This document shows positions 1 to 9,500 of a DNA stretch of 60,405 nt, piece after piece. Made by a program: the position numbers and the translations under genes. The notes beneath the pieces are model-generated. The model saw nothing but the letters and a program-made list of their open reading frames with translations, did no database searches and was not told the DNA's origin. The stretch lies in sequence record SRR22947725_163; one strand, 5' to 3'. How positions within the stretch are numbered: position 1 is the first letter of the stretch; each line of letters opens with the position of its first letter.

Positions 1-1
1 T

Positions 2-703
2 GATATTTTTCCAGATTGTGTGGAAGATACGACTGAGTCTATTGCCTCAATGACACAAGCTATTACAGCTGCCGGGGGAATACCTCTTGCATTAGGCGGC
101 GATCATTATAATGGTTATCCGGCATGTCTTGGATATTCGCGAGGCCTTTTAAATCGTGATCCAAATCGAAAGTTTGGCTACATTCAGATTGATGGGCACT
201 TAGATTTTACAAATCGTCTTGGAGCATGGGGTACTCATAATCATGCCACTAATGGACGACGCATTTCTGAATTTTCTAATATTATTCAACCCAACATGGT
301 ATGGATTGGTATATCAGGGTGGATCGATGGGGGCGAATATGAGCTGATTAAAAGCATGGGTGGAAAGGTTTTCTCTTCTCAGGATGTTCATCGCCTAGGC
401 GCTTCCAAGGTTATGGAGCTTGCCATTAAACATGCAACAAGAGGGTGCGAAAGCCTTTATGTTTCTCTTTGCATTGATGCGATGGATGCTGGCTATTTAC
501 CTGGAACAGGTTCTGTTGTCCATAGTGGAATTACGCCAAGACAGTATTGCCAAATGCTTGATGTCCTCTCAGAAGCGCCGTTTGATGGTTTGGACATTGT
601 AGAAACTTGCCCCCCACTAGACCCATCTGGACGCACAGAACAAATTGCGGGACACCTTCTCTTGCGAACTCTTCGCAGGCATATGTTTGACATTAGTGAA
701 TAA
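2..703 (+). CDS. Ureohydrolase (agmatinase/arginase family), 5'-truncated by the window edge
   Basis: GGDH, DGHLD (DxHxD), SLCIDAMD..PGTG and DIVE motifs. The frame is open from base 2 (DIFPDCVED...), so the true start lies upstream. Confidence 0.85.
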   Translation, partial: DIFPDCVEDTTESIASMTQAITAAGGIPLALGGDHYNGYPACLGYSRGLLNRDPNRKFGYIQIDGHLDFTNRLGAWGTHNHATNGRRISEFSNIIQPNMVWIGISGWIDGGEYELIKSMGGKVFSSQDVHRLGASKVMELAIKHATRGCESLYVSLCIDAMDAGYLPGTGSVVHSGITPRQYCQMLDVLSEAPFDGLDIVETCPPLDPSGRTEQIAGHLLLRTLRRHMFDISE

Positions 704-711
704 AACTAATT

Positions 712-1422
712 ATGCATATATTTGAAGGTATTAAATCTTTTGGGGCGTTATATCATGACAATGAGCCTCAACCTCTTCCATCTCGCCCATGGATTGTTGA
801 TTTCTCAATACTACAAAAACCTTTTGTGGGCATGGAGCCTGGCAATATTTCAGAGTTTAAACCCGCACCAGATTGGAGTCGATGGTGGTTAGGAGATACA
901 TCAAGCAACCCTAAAAATACTTTAAACTGGGTTGTCCTTAAAGACACTATTAGGCGACTATATATTTGTGATCGCATGATCCTTGTCCGAGTTAGTTGGC
1001 AAGATTTATTTGATGCGGGGTATGTTGATGGAATTAAGGTGGTGATTGATGGGAAAACTTTCAAATGTCGTTTGATGTCTGGAGGGAGTGATTTTCATTT
1101 AGATAATGATGGCCTCAGTGGCGGACATCCAGCTGATAATGAGTGGGATCGTTTTGTCTCAGGTCGAGAAAAAATTAAGGGACTTCCATCATTGACTTCC
1201 AGTGATAAGACTGGAGTCTTAAGTGATGAGGTGCTACAATCACCTCATAATCAATTCTGGAATTGGGTTGGTGCTGTTAGCTGGACTTCCACACCATATG
1301 TAAATCGAGATACTGCTCGCTGTTGCCGTGGTTATCAGGCTGGCCAATTTTTTTATTTAAACACCTATGATCATCGGCATGAGGATATCGGTTGGCGACC
1401 TATTTTAGAGGAATTACTATGA
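712..1422 (+). CDS. Hypothetical protein resembling phage-type C-type-lectin/FGE-like fold proteins
   Basis: 236-aa ORF whose TGA overlaps the next ATG (ATGA 1419-1422). Motifs CDR..VSWxDL, CRLMSGG, NEWDRF, HNQFWNW and C-terminal GWRPILE. The fold call is pattern recall only. Confidence 0.6.
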   Translation: MHIFEGIKSFGALYHDNEPQPLPSRPWIVDFSILQKPFVGMEPGNISEFKPAPDWSRWWLGDTSSNPKNTLNWVVLKDTIRRLYICDRMILVRVSWQDLFDAGYVDGIKVVIDGKTFKCRLMSGGSDFHLDNDGLSGGHPADNEWDRFVSGREKIKGLPSLTSSDKTGVLSDEVLQSPHNQFWNWVGAVSWTSTPYVNRDTARCCRGYQAGQFFYLNTYDHRHEDIGWRPILEELL

Positions 1423-2912
1423 GTAACCAAATTACCAATGAACAAGACATAAAACATAACTTCATTGCAGGTGAGTGGCGTTCTAGCTCAGAATATATGC
1501 AAAACATTAATCCATCGGATACTAATGATGTAATCGCTACATATGCAACTGCAACTAGCAATGATGTTCAGGATGCTGTTTCAGCGGCAGTCTCTGCACT
1601 GCCACTTTGGTCATCCAGTACATCTGGGGAGAGGTTTGACATTCTCGATGCAATCGGTTCTGAGATTATTCAGCGCAAAGGTGAACTAGGCGATCTTCTT
1701 GCGCGTGAAGAGGGAAAGACACTGAAAGAGGCCGTGGCAGAGGCTCATCGTGCGGGTAGTCTTTTTAAGTTTTTTGCAGCAGAGGTATATCGTTCAGAGT
1801 CAGAGGGTTATCGTTCTCTTCGTGAGGGTATATCGCTTGAGATTCAGCGTGAACCAATCGGTGTAGTTGCAGCAATAACACCCTGGAACTTTCCATTGGC
1901 GATTCCTGCCTGGAAAATTGCGCCAGCACTTGCTTATGGTAATACTGTTGTTTTCAAACCTTCCGAACTAGTCTGCGGTTCTGCTTGGGCTCTTGCTGAG
2001 ATTATTTCCCGGGCAGGTTTGCCAGATGGAGTGTTTAATCTTCTAATGGGACAAGGATCAGACACTGGTGCAGCATTAGTGGAACATCCAAATGTTGCAG
2101 GCGTTTCTTTTACTGGATCTTCAGTTGTTGGACGCAAGATTGGAGCTAGTGTATTTGCCCGAGGTGGCAAGATGCAACTAGAAATGGGTGGCAAGAATCC
2201 ACTCATCGTGCTTGATGATGCTGACCTAGAAAAAGCTGTTGAGTTTGCAATTAATGGTGCATTCTTTTCTGCTGGACAAAGATGTACCGCATCATCTCGT
2301 CTCATAGTAACTGAGAATATTCATGATTCTTTTATTGATGCAATGTCAAAGCGTATGGAGCTTCTTAGGATTGGTGATGCCCGAAACCCAAAAACTGATA
2401 TTGGCCCTGTTGTGAGTGAGGCTCAGCTTAAGAAAAACCTTGAATACCTACGCATTGGTTCGAACGATGGTGCTAAGCACTTAATGGGTGGAGACCAGGT
2501 TGAACAGAAAACACCTGGTTGGTATTTATCACCAGCACTTTTTATTAATGCTAAGAACGAAATGAAAATTTGTCGTGAGGAAATATTTGGACCAATCGCT
2601 GCTGTAATTTCTGTGAGCGATTATGACGAAGCACTCTCTGTGGCTAATGACTCTGAATTTGGCTTATCGGCAGGTATAGTTTCAAATGACCGCTTGATAA
2701 TTGACCACTTCATAGCTAATGTTCAAGCTGGAATGGTTCAAATTAATCTTCCAACTGCTGGTATGGATTTTCATGCACCAATAACTGGTCAAAAAAATTC
2801 ATCATTTGGACCTCCTGAAAAGAGTAGTTATTGCCGAGAGTTTTTTACCAACACTAAGGTAATCCATGCAAATTACGGTAAACGCTTAAATTCTAAAAGG
2901 GAGGGTTCATGA
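1419..2912 (+). CDS. NAD(P)-dependent aldehyde dehydrogenase (KGSADH/YcbD-like)
   Basis: ITPWNFP, FTGS, LEMGGKN, GQRCTA and EEIFGP motifs. Start moved to ATG 1419, which is coupled to the upstream stop. Confidence 0.9.
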   Translation: MSNQITNEQDIKHNFIAGEWRSSSEYMQNINPSDTNDVIATYATATSNDVQDAVSAAVSALPLWSSSTSGERFDILDAIGSEIIQRKGELGDLLAREEGKTLKEAVAEAHRAGSLFKFFAAEVYRSESEGYRSLREGISLEIQREPIGVVAAITPWNFPLAIPAWKIAPALAYGNTVVFKPSELVCGSAWALAEIISRAGLPDGVFNLLMGQGSDTGAALVEHPNVAGVSFTGSSVVGRKIGASVFARGGKMQLEMGGKNPLIVLDDADLEKAVEFAINGAFFSAGQRCTASSRLIVTENIHDSFIDAMSKRMELLRIGDARNPKTDIGPVVSEAQLKKNLEYLRIGSNDGAKHLMGGDQVEQKTPGWYLSPALFINAKNEMKICREEIFGPIAAVISVSDYDEALSVANDSEFGLSAGIVSNDRLIIDHFIANVQAGMVQINLPTAGMDFHAPITGQKNSSFGPPEKSSYCREFFTNTKVIHANYGKRLNSKREGS

Positions 2913-4105
2913 AATCTTTAGAGGGCTATCGTGTACTTGATCTTTCAAATGTCCTTTCTGGTCCATTCTGTGCCTGTCAACTTGCACATCTTGGAGCAGA
3001 GGTAATAAAAATTGAATTGCCTGTAAGGGGTGACTTAGCAAGGCAATTGGGTTTGGATATTGAGCTGAATCAAAAACTTATGGGCGCTACTTTTCTTGCT
3101 CAAAATTCAGGAAAGCGCTCAATTACTATTAATCTCAAATCTTCAGAAGGAATTAATTTATTTAAACGCCTTGTAGAAACTGCTGATGTAGTAGTTGAAA
3201 ATTTCAGGCCAGGAGTCATGAATCGTCTTGGAGTTGGTTATGAAGTGCTTCGAGATTTGAATCCAGATCTAATTTATTGTGCAATATCAGGCTTTGGCCA
3301 AGAAGGCGCCCTGAAGAGTCGACCAGCATATGATCAAATTATCCAGGGTATGTCAGGCACTATGAATATTACAGGTGATAAAGATTCAGCCCCTTTGAGG
3401 GTTGGTTATCCCATAGCTGATACAATTGGAGGATTGACAGCAGCCTTCGCGATTTCAGCAGCACTTGCAAAACAAGATGGCAACCGTGGTACCTTTATAG
3501 ATGTTTCAATGCTGGAGTCTGTAATGTGTACGATGGGTTTTCAGATTTCAAACTACTTTAACGCATATCAAGAACCTCAAGCGATGGGTAATGAGAATTT
3601 TACGAGTAGTCCATCTGGGACTTTTAAAACTAGCTCTGGACAGATCAACATTGCAGCAAATAAACAGGAACAGTTTGAAGCCACATGTCAAGTCTTAGGG
3701 CTTAATGAGTTACTTGAAAATCCTAAATTTGCTAATAGAGAGGCGCGTCTTGAAAATCGCTCAGAACTATCTGATATTCTCAACCTAAAACTTATGACTC
3801 GATCTACGGATGAGTGGACTGAACTATTAAATGATGAAGGAGTCCCTTGTGGTCCAATTTTGACTGTTCCAGAGGCTCTAGCTCAACCTCAGATTGCAGA
3901 TCGAGGTATGGTTGGAACTTATAATGATGTTCCAGGAGTAGGTCGTGATATTAAAATTACGCGAACGGGTATCAAGCTTGATGGAAATGCTCCAACTGTA
4001 GATAACCCACCTCCAATGCTTGGTGAACATACTGATGAGATTCTTGGTGAACTTGGTTTGACCGAAACTGAAATAAAAACGCTAAAAGAGCAAAAAGTAA
4101 TATGA
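2909..4105 (+). CDS. Family III CoA transferase (CaiB/BaiF)
   Basis: VLDLS..GP, GAEVIKIE, ENFRPG and PAYDQIIQ motifs; ATGA overlap with the ALDH gene. Confidence 0.9.
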   Translation: MKSLEGYRVLDLSNVLSGPFCACQLAHLGAEVIKIELPVRGDLARQLGLDIELNQKLMGATFLAQNSGKRSITINLKSSEGINLFKRLVETADVVVENFRPGVMNRLGVGYEVLRDLNPDLIYCAISGFGQEGALKSRPAYDQIIQGMSGTMNITGDKDSAPLRVGYPIADTIGGLTAAFAISAALAKQDGNRGTFIDVSMLESVMCTMGFQISNYFNAYQEPQAMGNENFTSSPSGTFKTSSGQINIAANKQEQFEATCQVLGLNELLENPKFANREARLENRSELSDILNLKLMTRSTDEWTELLNDEGVPCGPILTVPEALAQPQIADRGMVGTYNDVPGVGRDIKITRTGIKLDGNAPTVDNPPPMLGEHTDEILGELGLTETEIKTLKEQKVI

Positions 4106-5019
4106 ATAAAATCGACATTGAAGTGAGTGAAGTTGGACCAAGAGATGGGTTGCAAAGTATCAGTCAAATTATGCCCACTGAGGCTAAAAAGCGCTGGATT
4201 AAAGCTTTGGCTTTAGCAGGCATTCCCGAGATAGAGGTCGGTTCATTTGTTCCAGTACGAATATTCCCACAGTTTGCTGACATGATGGAAGTTGCTCAGT
4301 ATGCAAGAACTATTGAAGGACTCAAAGTGGCTGTTTTAGTTCCAAACTTGAAGGGAGCTGAGAATGCGATAAAGGCAGATGTGCATAAGCTTACAATTCC
4401 CTTGTCCGTTAGTGAGACTCATAGTCTGCGAAATGTCAATCGAACGCATGAACAGATGTTGGACGAAGTGAAAAGTATAGTCAACCTAATTAGACAGCTA
4501 CCTGTCGATGAAAGACCTGTTATTGAAGGTGCACTTTCAACTGCATTCGGTTGCACAATAGAAGGCAGTGTCCCGGAAGATCGAGTAGTGGAGTTAGCAG
4601 AAGCGTTAATGGAGGCTGGATGTGATGAGGTAGGTCTTTCTGATACTACCGGATACGCAAATCCCGTGCAAGTTAAGCGCTTGATAGGGAAGGTCTGGAC
4701 TGCCATTGGGCGCGAGCATCTTACAGGAATTCATTTGCACAATACACGTGGACAAGGATTGGCGAACGTTTTAGCTGCTGTGGAAGTGGGACTAAACACT
4801 ATTGACTCGTCTATGGGAGGTATTGGCGGATGCCCAGCAGCCCCAGGTGCCAGCGGTAATATTGTTACTGAGGATTTGGTTTTCTTATTAGAGGCAATGG
4901 GGCTAAAAACAGGTATTGATTTTGATAAGCTCATGGCCGCTAGAAATGTCGTTGCAACAGCGCTACCAGATGTTGAATTGTATGGTTTTACACCGGATGC
5001 TGGCTTACCTCTTAGCTAA
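4102..5019 (+). CDS. HMG-CoA lyase-like protein (DRE-TIM family)
   Basis: EVGPRDGLQ, DTTG, HLHNTRG and GGCP..PGASGN motifs. Confidence 0.9.
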   Translation: MNKIDIEVSEVGPRDGLQSISQIMPTEAKKRWIKALALAGIPEIEVGSFVPVRIFPQFADMMEVAQYARTIEGLKVAVLVPNLKGAENAIKADVHKLTIPLSVSETHSLRNVNRTHEQMLDEVKSIVNLIRQLPVDERPVIEGALSTAFGCTIEGSVPEDRVVELAEALMEAGCDEVGLSDTTGYANPVQVKRLIGKVWTAIGREHLTGIHLHNTRGQGLANVLAAVEVGLNTIDSSMGGIGGCPAAPGASGNIVTEDLVFLLEAMGLKTGIDFDKLMAARNVVATALPDVELYGFTPDAGLPLS

Positions 5020-5025
5020 TAACCC

Positions 5026-5226
5026 TTAAACTAATTGGCTATCAGCATCTATATCACGAGACAATAAATCTGTCATGATTGCTGTTCTCATTTCATCAGT
5101 ATAATCAAACCAATCAAAAATTTCATTCATGTGACGTTTGCAACCAACGCAGAAGTTGTTTTTATTGTATTTACAAATACTAATACAAGGGCTTTTGATT
5201 TGTTTTAGTCTAGCTTGTTCACTCAT
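5026..5226 (-). CDS. DUF1289-type small Cys-rich protein
   Basis: SPCISIC...CVGCKR..EIFDW signature; lies downstream of the GcvT-family gene. Confidence 0.8.
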   Translation of the reverse strand: MSEQARLKQIKSPCISICKYNKNNFCVGCKRHMNEIFDWFDYTDEMRTAIMTDLLSRDIDADSQLV

Positions 5227-5266
5227 AACTTATATTTTTTGAAATGCATTTTAGTTGAGTTTTCAT

Positions 5267-7684
5267 TTACGAGCGAAGTTTTTCATTGTCGTTGTCGTAT
5301 GCAGCATTCATAGAGACATGGCATTGTCGACTTCCGAGAGATGTTTCTACTCTGAGCGCCTTTCCTTCAGAGCAGTGACTTGGATTGAGGTAGGCAAAAG
5401 CGACACTATGGCCAACTCTATAGCCAAAAGCTCCACTTGTAATTATGCCGCTTAGTTCATCACCATCAAAGACAGCCTCATTTCCAAAACACTCTGCTGG
5501 AATCTCATCATCAAAGATCAGATAGGCTAGCTGAGTTTCCACCCCTTTTGATTGGCGCTCTTTGATATTATCAGAGCCAATAAAATTACGACTCAGATCT
5601 AAGAACCTATCCATTCCTGCTTCTAGCGCAGATATCTCTTCGGTAAACTCAGCGCCATATGCTCTATACATTTTCTCAAGTCTCATACTGTTAAAAGCTT
5701 GACCACCAAAATCTCTTATCCCGAAAGATGAGCCCATTTCAAATAAAGATTCATAGATTGAGATTAACTGCCAGCTTGGCATATGGAGCTCCCACCCTAG
5801 CTCTCCAGCATAAGAAACGCGCATTGCAAAAACGTCTGCTGAGTCGATTTTAATGGTTTTACAGCTTAACCAGGAAAACCCACTATTGCTTAGATCTTCT
5901 TGGGTGCATTGGCTTAAAACGTTTCTGGCTTCAGGACCAGTCAATAAAAGTCCACCCCATTCCTCAGTCAAGTTTTCAATCGTTACATCGAGTTCACCGA
6001 CGTGCCATTCAAGCCACTGATAGTCTTTGACTTCAGATCCAATGGCTCCCATTAATAGAAATTCTTCTTGACTAATACGACTAATCGTTTGCTCTGCCCT
6101 TATACCTCCTTTTGTAGCATGAAAAAGTGTCAAACCAATTCTTCCATCTTTCGCTGGAAGCTTGTTGCAAGATAATCTGTCAAGAAAGTCAAAGGCATCT
6201 TTGCCAGTGATTTTAAATTTTGCTGTGCCACTGATGTCGGTAACGCCGCAAGAGTCTTGAACTGCCTTGCATTCCTCTTTGATGGCTTCATGCGCTTCTG
6301 TGTGAGCCCAGGATAATGTCTCGCTTCTGATCTCATCCGTTGTAAACCAAGATGGTTTTTCAAAGCCTGTATTGACTGTATGAATTGCACCTTTTTGAGC
6401 TAACACTGTGTGCAGAGGGCTCACTCTGATAGGTCTTCCATGCGGGCGATTTTCATTGGGCGCTGCATAGGCATACATGCGCTCATAGGACTCAATAGCT
6501 CTCGTTGTGCAGTAATTTTTATCTGCCCACGTGTCAAATCTTCGACTATCGAGGGATGCCATATTGAGCTCAGTTTGGCCATGAACCATCCACTGCGCTA
6601 AATACTTTCCTATCCCGCCTTGAGCAATTCCAATACTTGCACCGCAAAGATTCCAAAAGTTCTTAAGACCTTTTGTAGGCCCAACTAGAAGATTATCATC
6701 AGGTGTGTGAGTAATAAGGCCATTGATCACTGTGCTAATTCCAACCTCCTTAAAGAGAGGAAAAATATCCATGCATCTTTCCAGCCAAGGCATCAGTCTC
6801 TCTAAGTCTCCTTCAAAGAGTTCCCTGTCAAATGACCAGTCGATGCCTTCCAGAGCCCATGGCTTAGAGCCTCTGGTTTCGTAAGGACCAATTAAGAAGC
6901 CACTTCCTTCTTGCCTAATATAGGAGGCTGCAATTGAATCTCGAGTCACTGGAAGTTCTTTAGTGAGTGCGGCAATTTCTGGATGGCTATCTGTTATTAA
7001 GTATTGATGCTGAAGATTGACTAAAGGCACATAGGATCCAACCATCGCTCCAACTTGAGGTGAAAAACAGCCACCAGCATTGACGACGTGCTGAGCAATA
7101 ATATTTCCTTGCTCAGTGATGACCTCGTATTCTCCAGAAGGAAGAATATTGATATCTGTAACCCTGTTAAAGTTACTGACCTCTGCGCCAGCCTTTTTAG
7201 CTAGCTGAGCTAATTGAGTAACAACCGTGGTGGGGTCTACATGACCATCATTTGGGGTATATAAAATGTTTCTCGCAGTGCTAAAATCCATCATTGGATT
7301 GATGATTGATGCTTCCTCTTTTGAAACAAAATGCATTTCACAGCCAATATGGTTTGCGCGACTCAGTATGTTAGTAAACCATTGCTCTTCGACCTCAGTA
7401 TGACCCACTCGTAGGGATCCTGTTTTATGAAATGATGAAGGGAGACCTGTTTTTTCAGGCAGAATTTCGTCATACAACTTGATGGTGTACTCATGGATAT
7501 TTGAGAGCGTATGGTTTCCGTTAAAGTTTGGACATAGTCCCGCGGCGTGCCAGGTAGAGCCACTTGTGAGCTCTCCTTTTTCAATTAAGACGACATCTGT
7601 CCAGCCCTCGAGACCTAGGTGATACATTAGGTTAACTCCTAATGACCCACCACCAATGATGACTACTTGCGCATGTGACTTCAT
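5267..7684 (-). CDS. Dimethylglycine/sarcosine dehydrogenase-like FAD oxidoreductase fused to a GcvT folate-binding domain
   Basis: GGGSLG FAD motif, STWHAAG covalent-flavin His, TPD, and C-terminal SYAGELGWE / RLEK; 805 aa. Confidence 0.9.
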   Translation of the reverse strand: MKSHAQVVIIGGGSLGVNLMYHLGLEGWTDVVLIEKGELTSGSTWHAAGLCPNFNGNHTLSNIHEYTIKLYDEILPEKTGLPSSFHKTGSLRVGHTEVEEQWFTNILSRANHIGCEMHFVSKEEASIINPMMDFSTARNILYTPNDGHVDPTTVVTQLAQLAKKAGAEVSNFNRVTDINILPSGEYEVITEQGNIIAQHVVNAGGCFSPQVGAMVGSYVPLVNLQHQYLITDSHPEIAALTKELPVTRDSIAASYIRQEGSGFLIGPYETRGSKPWALEGIDWSFDRELFEGDLERLMPWLERCMDIFPLFKEVGISTVINGLITHTPDDNLLVGPTKGLKNFWNLCGASIGIAQGGIGKYLAQWMVHGQTELNMASLDSRRFDTWADKNYCTTRAIESYERMYAYAAPNENRPHGRPIRVSPLHTVLAQKGAIHTVNTGFEKPSWFTTDEIRSETLSWAHTEAHEAIKEECKAVQDSCGVTDISGTAKFKITGKDAFDFLDRLSCNKLPAKDGRIGLTLFHATKGGIRAEQTISRISQEEFLLMGAIGSEVKDYQWLEWHVGELDVTIENLTEEWGGLLLTGPEARNVLSQCTQEDLSNSGFSWLSCKTIKIDSADVFAMRVSYAGELGWELHMPSWQLISIYESLFEMGSSFGIRDFGGQAFNSMRLEKMYRAYGAEFTEEISALEAGMDRFLDLSRNFIGSDNIKERQSKGVETQLAYLIFDDEIPAECFGNEAVFDGDELSGIITSGAFGYRVGHSVAFAYLNPSHCSEGKALRVETSLGSRQCHVSMNAAYDNDNEKLRS

Positions 7685-7698
7685 ATTAATGACCTGTT

Positions 7699-9255
7699 CT
7701 ATAGAGGCTTGCGACCAATTTCTTTTCTGCTTAGTTTAATATTGAACTTGTCGCGTATTTTTTTATCCACTGCATCACTGACGTGACTGGGAAAATACTC
7801 TGACAATATTTCTTTTTTTTTCTGAATTGCTTTTTCTAAAATAATGGGTTTTCCCATATCTGCCCAGTCATTAGGGCTATCCCTGTCGCTGAGCTCAGGG
7901 TAGATGTATTCACTTTGCATAACATCAATGGTTTGATCTGAGCCTAGATAGTGAGCCTTGTCGTTTAGACAAACATCTTTAATCGTCTCAAAGCAAAGTG
8001 ACTCTTCACTGTCATCACTGAACCCTTTTGTCATTCTCATTGAGGCGCCCAGCAAATCATTATCCAAAAGCAAACTTTCTGGACATGTTCCAAGGAGGCT
8101 TGCATACATTCCTGCAGACTCATAAATAATATTCGCGCCAGCGATTGCAGTCACTGCATGCGTTGAAGCCCTCTCAGACCCGGCCTGAAAGTCAGGAAAT
8201 TTTGAGTCTGTCATCCCTGCTGGTGTTCCCGTTGGTAGATTGAAGTGGTTACCCATTTGAGCGCATGCAGCAGAAATTAATCCTTGCTCTGGAGAGCCGC
8301 CACACATCGAGCCAGTTCTCAGATCGGAGACAAATGGCCAAGTCCCTAAAATAGCTGGAGCGCCCGGCTTAATTGCATTCACATAAACAAGTCCACCCAA
8401 GCATTCAGCCCAGGCTTGAGACACTACCCCAGGTAGTAATGGCGGCGCAGTAGCACCAGCCTGGCCAGCAGACAAAAGTAATATTGGCATACCGCCTTCA
8501 ACTCCAACGCGGACACACTCTAGTGACTCTTCTGCAAATTTCATTGGCGGCACTACGTGACAGTTGCTCATGCTAACAAAGGGTCTCTCCCTCCATTTCT
8601 CTTCACTTCCAGCAATAATATGAAGCATTTCGAGGGCATCAGTCACATGCTTAGATTCAGTAAAACTAACACCAGCGTGTTTTTCAGTTCCCATTGCTAC
8701 GCAGTAGACTGAGTTTTGATCCATCTCACGAGGACTGGCAATATCTCTGAGAACACAGGTGCGCTGAAACATATGAATATGCTCACATTGGTCAGCTATC
8801 CTTGCCATATCATATAAGTCTTGACTTTCAGATTCTCTGTATTCGTTATTTTCAGGATCTGCAATGAGCACGGCTGCGCCAGCGGTTGAAAAATGAACTC
8901 TTGAGCCACTTAGATCAAGATCATGTTTTGGAGACTGTCCAAAAAGAGTCAGGTTTCTTTGTGAAAGATTAATCGCCTTATCAACAATCTTTCTTGACAT
9001 TCTCAATCTGCCATCATCACCTAAAGTGGCTCCAAACTCGACACATTTTTCTATGCAGTGAGGCGTAGCATCTCCAAACCCAATCTCCTCAAGAATGCGA
9101 TAAATATTGGCTTCTATTGCTGTAACTTGCTTTTCACTAAGCGGCTTGTATCTGCCGCCTATTTCTCCAGCTTTGACCGGTTTTTCTTCTTCTGTTAGAG
9201 GCGCATTTCTTAATGCAATCCTAGCCTCTCTACCACCCGATTTTCTTCTAGACAT
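7699..9255 (-). CDS. MttB-superfamily methyltransferase without pyrrolysine (MtgB-like)
   Basis: RRKSGGR N-terminus, AGATAP, DLRTG...GSPE and DSKFPDFQAG motifs; no in-frame amber codon. Confidence 0.85.
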   Translation of the reverse strand: MSRRKSGGREARIALRNAPLTEEEKPVKAGEIGGRYKPLSEKQVTAIEANIYRILEEIGFGDATPHCIEKCVEFGATLGDDGRLRMSRKIVDKAINLSQRNLTLFGQSPKHDLDLSGSRVHFSTAGAAVLIADPENNEYRESESQDLYDMARIADQCEHIHMFQRTCVLRDIASPREMDQNSVYCVAMGTEKHAGVSFTESKHVTDALEMLHIIAGSEEKWRERPFVSMSNCHVVPPMKFAEESLECVRVGVEGGMPILLLSAGQAGATAPPLLPGVVSQAWAECLGGLVYVNAIKPGAPAILGTWPFVSDLRTGSMCGGSPEQGLISAACAQMGNHFNLPTGTPAGMTDSKFPDFQAGSERASTHAVTAIAGANIIYESAGMYASLLGTCPESLLLDNDLLGASMRMTKGFSDDSEESLCFETIKDVCLNDKAHYLGSDQTIDVMQSEYIYPELSDRDSPNDWADMGKPIILEKAIQKKKEILSEYFPSHVSDAVDKKIRDKFNIKLSRKEIGRKPL

Positions 9256-9486
9256 AACTGAAACTTGATTTTGTAATATGAGAACATTTTGATACGAAAT
9301 TTAATCACTGTCAATTGTTTTTTTTATAGCTATTTTTCAGAGAAAAACTTCAACGAAATTCAGAGTGACATTGAGTATTAATTATTTGAGCATACTAAAC
9401 CAAGAACATCTTTTATTTTGATCGTAATTATCTTACTTTAAGTCTTACAGGAGATTTAGTATAAACAAAGTAGAACAAATAATTTT

Positions 9487-9500
9487 ATAACATATGTTCC
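9487..9500. promoter_or_regulatory. Candidate IolR (RpiR-family) operator
   Basis: Palindrome AACATATGTT inside ATAACATATGTTCC, resembling GGAA-N6-TTCC IolR boxes, ~130 bp upstream of the inositol operon. Confidence 0.35.

Noticed and set aside
1290-1422. Active DGR variable repeat
   Set aside because: No template repeat, RT or avd gene in the window; only the protein-level resemblance is kept. Sequence upstream of the window cannot be checked.
1419-2912. iolA/mmsA (malonate-semialdehyde dehydrogenase)
   Set aside because: It has PWNFP/LEMGGKN rather than the PFNFP/GAKNH pattern of MmsA, and lies in a separate operon.
7699-9255. Pyrrolysine-containing trimethylamine methyltransferase
   Set aside because: The ORF is continuous with no in-frame TAG, and no pyl genes are present.
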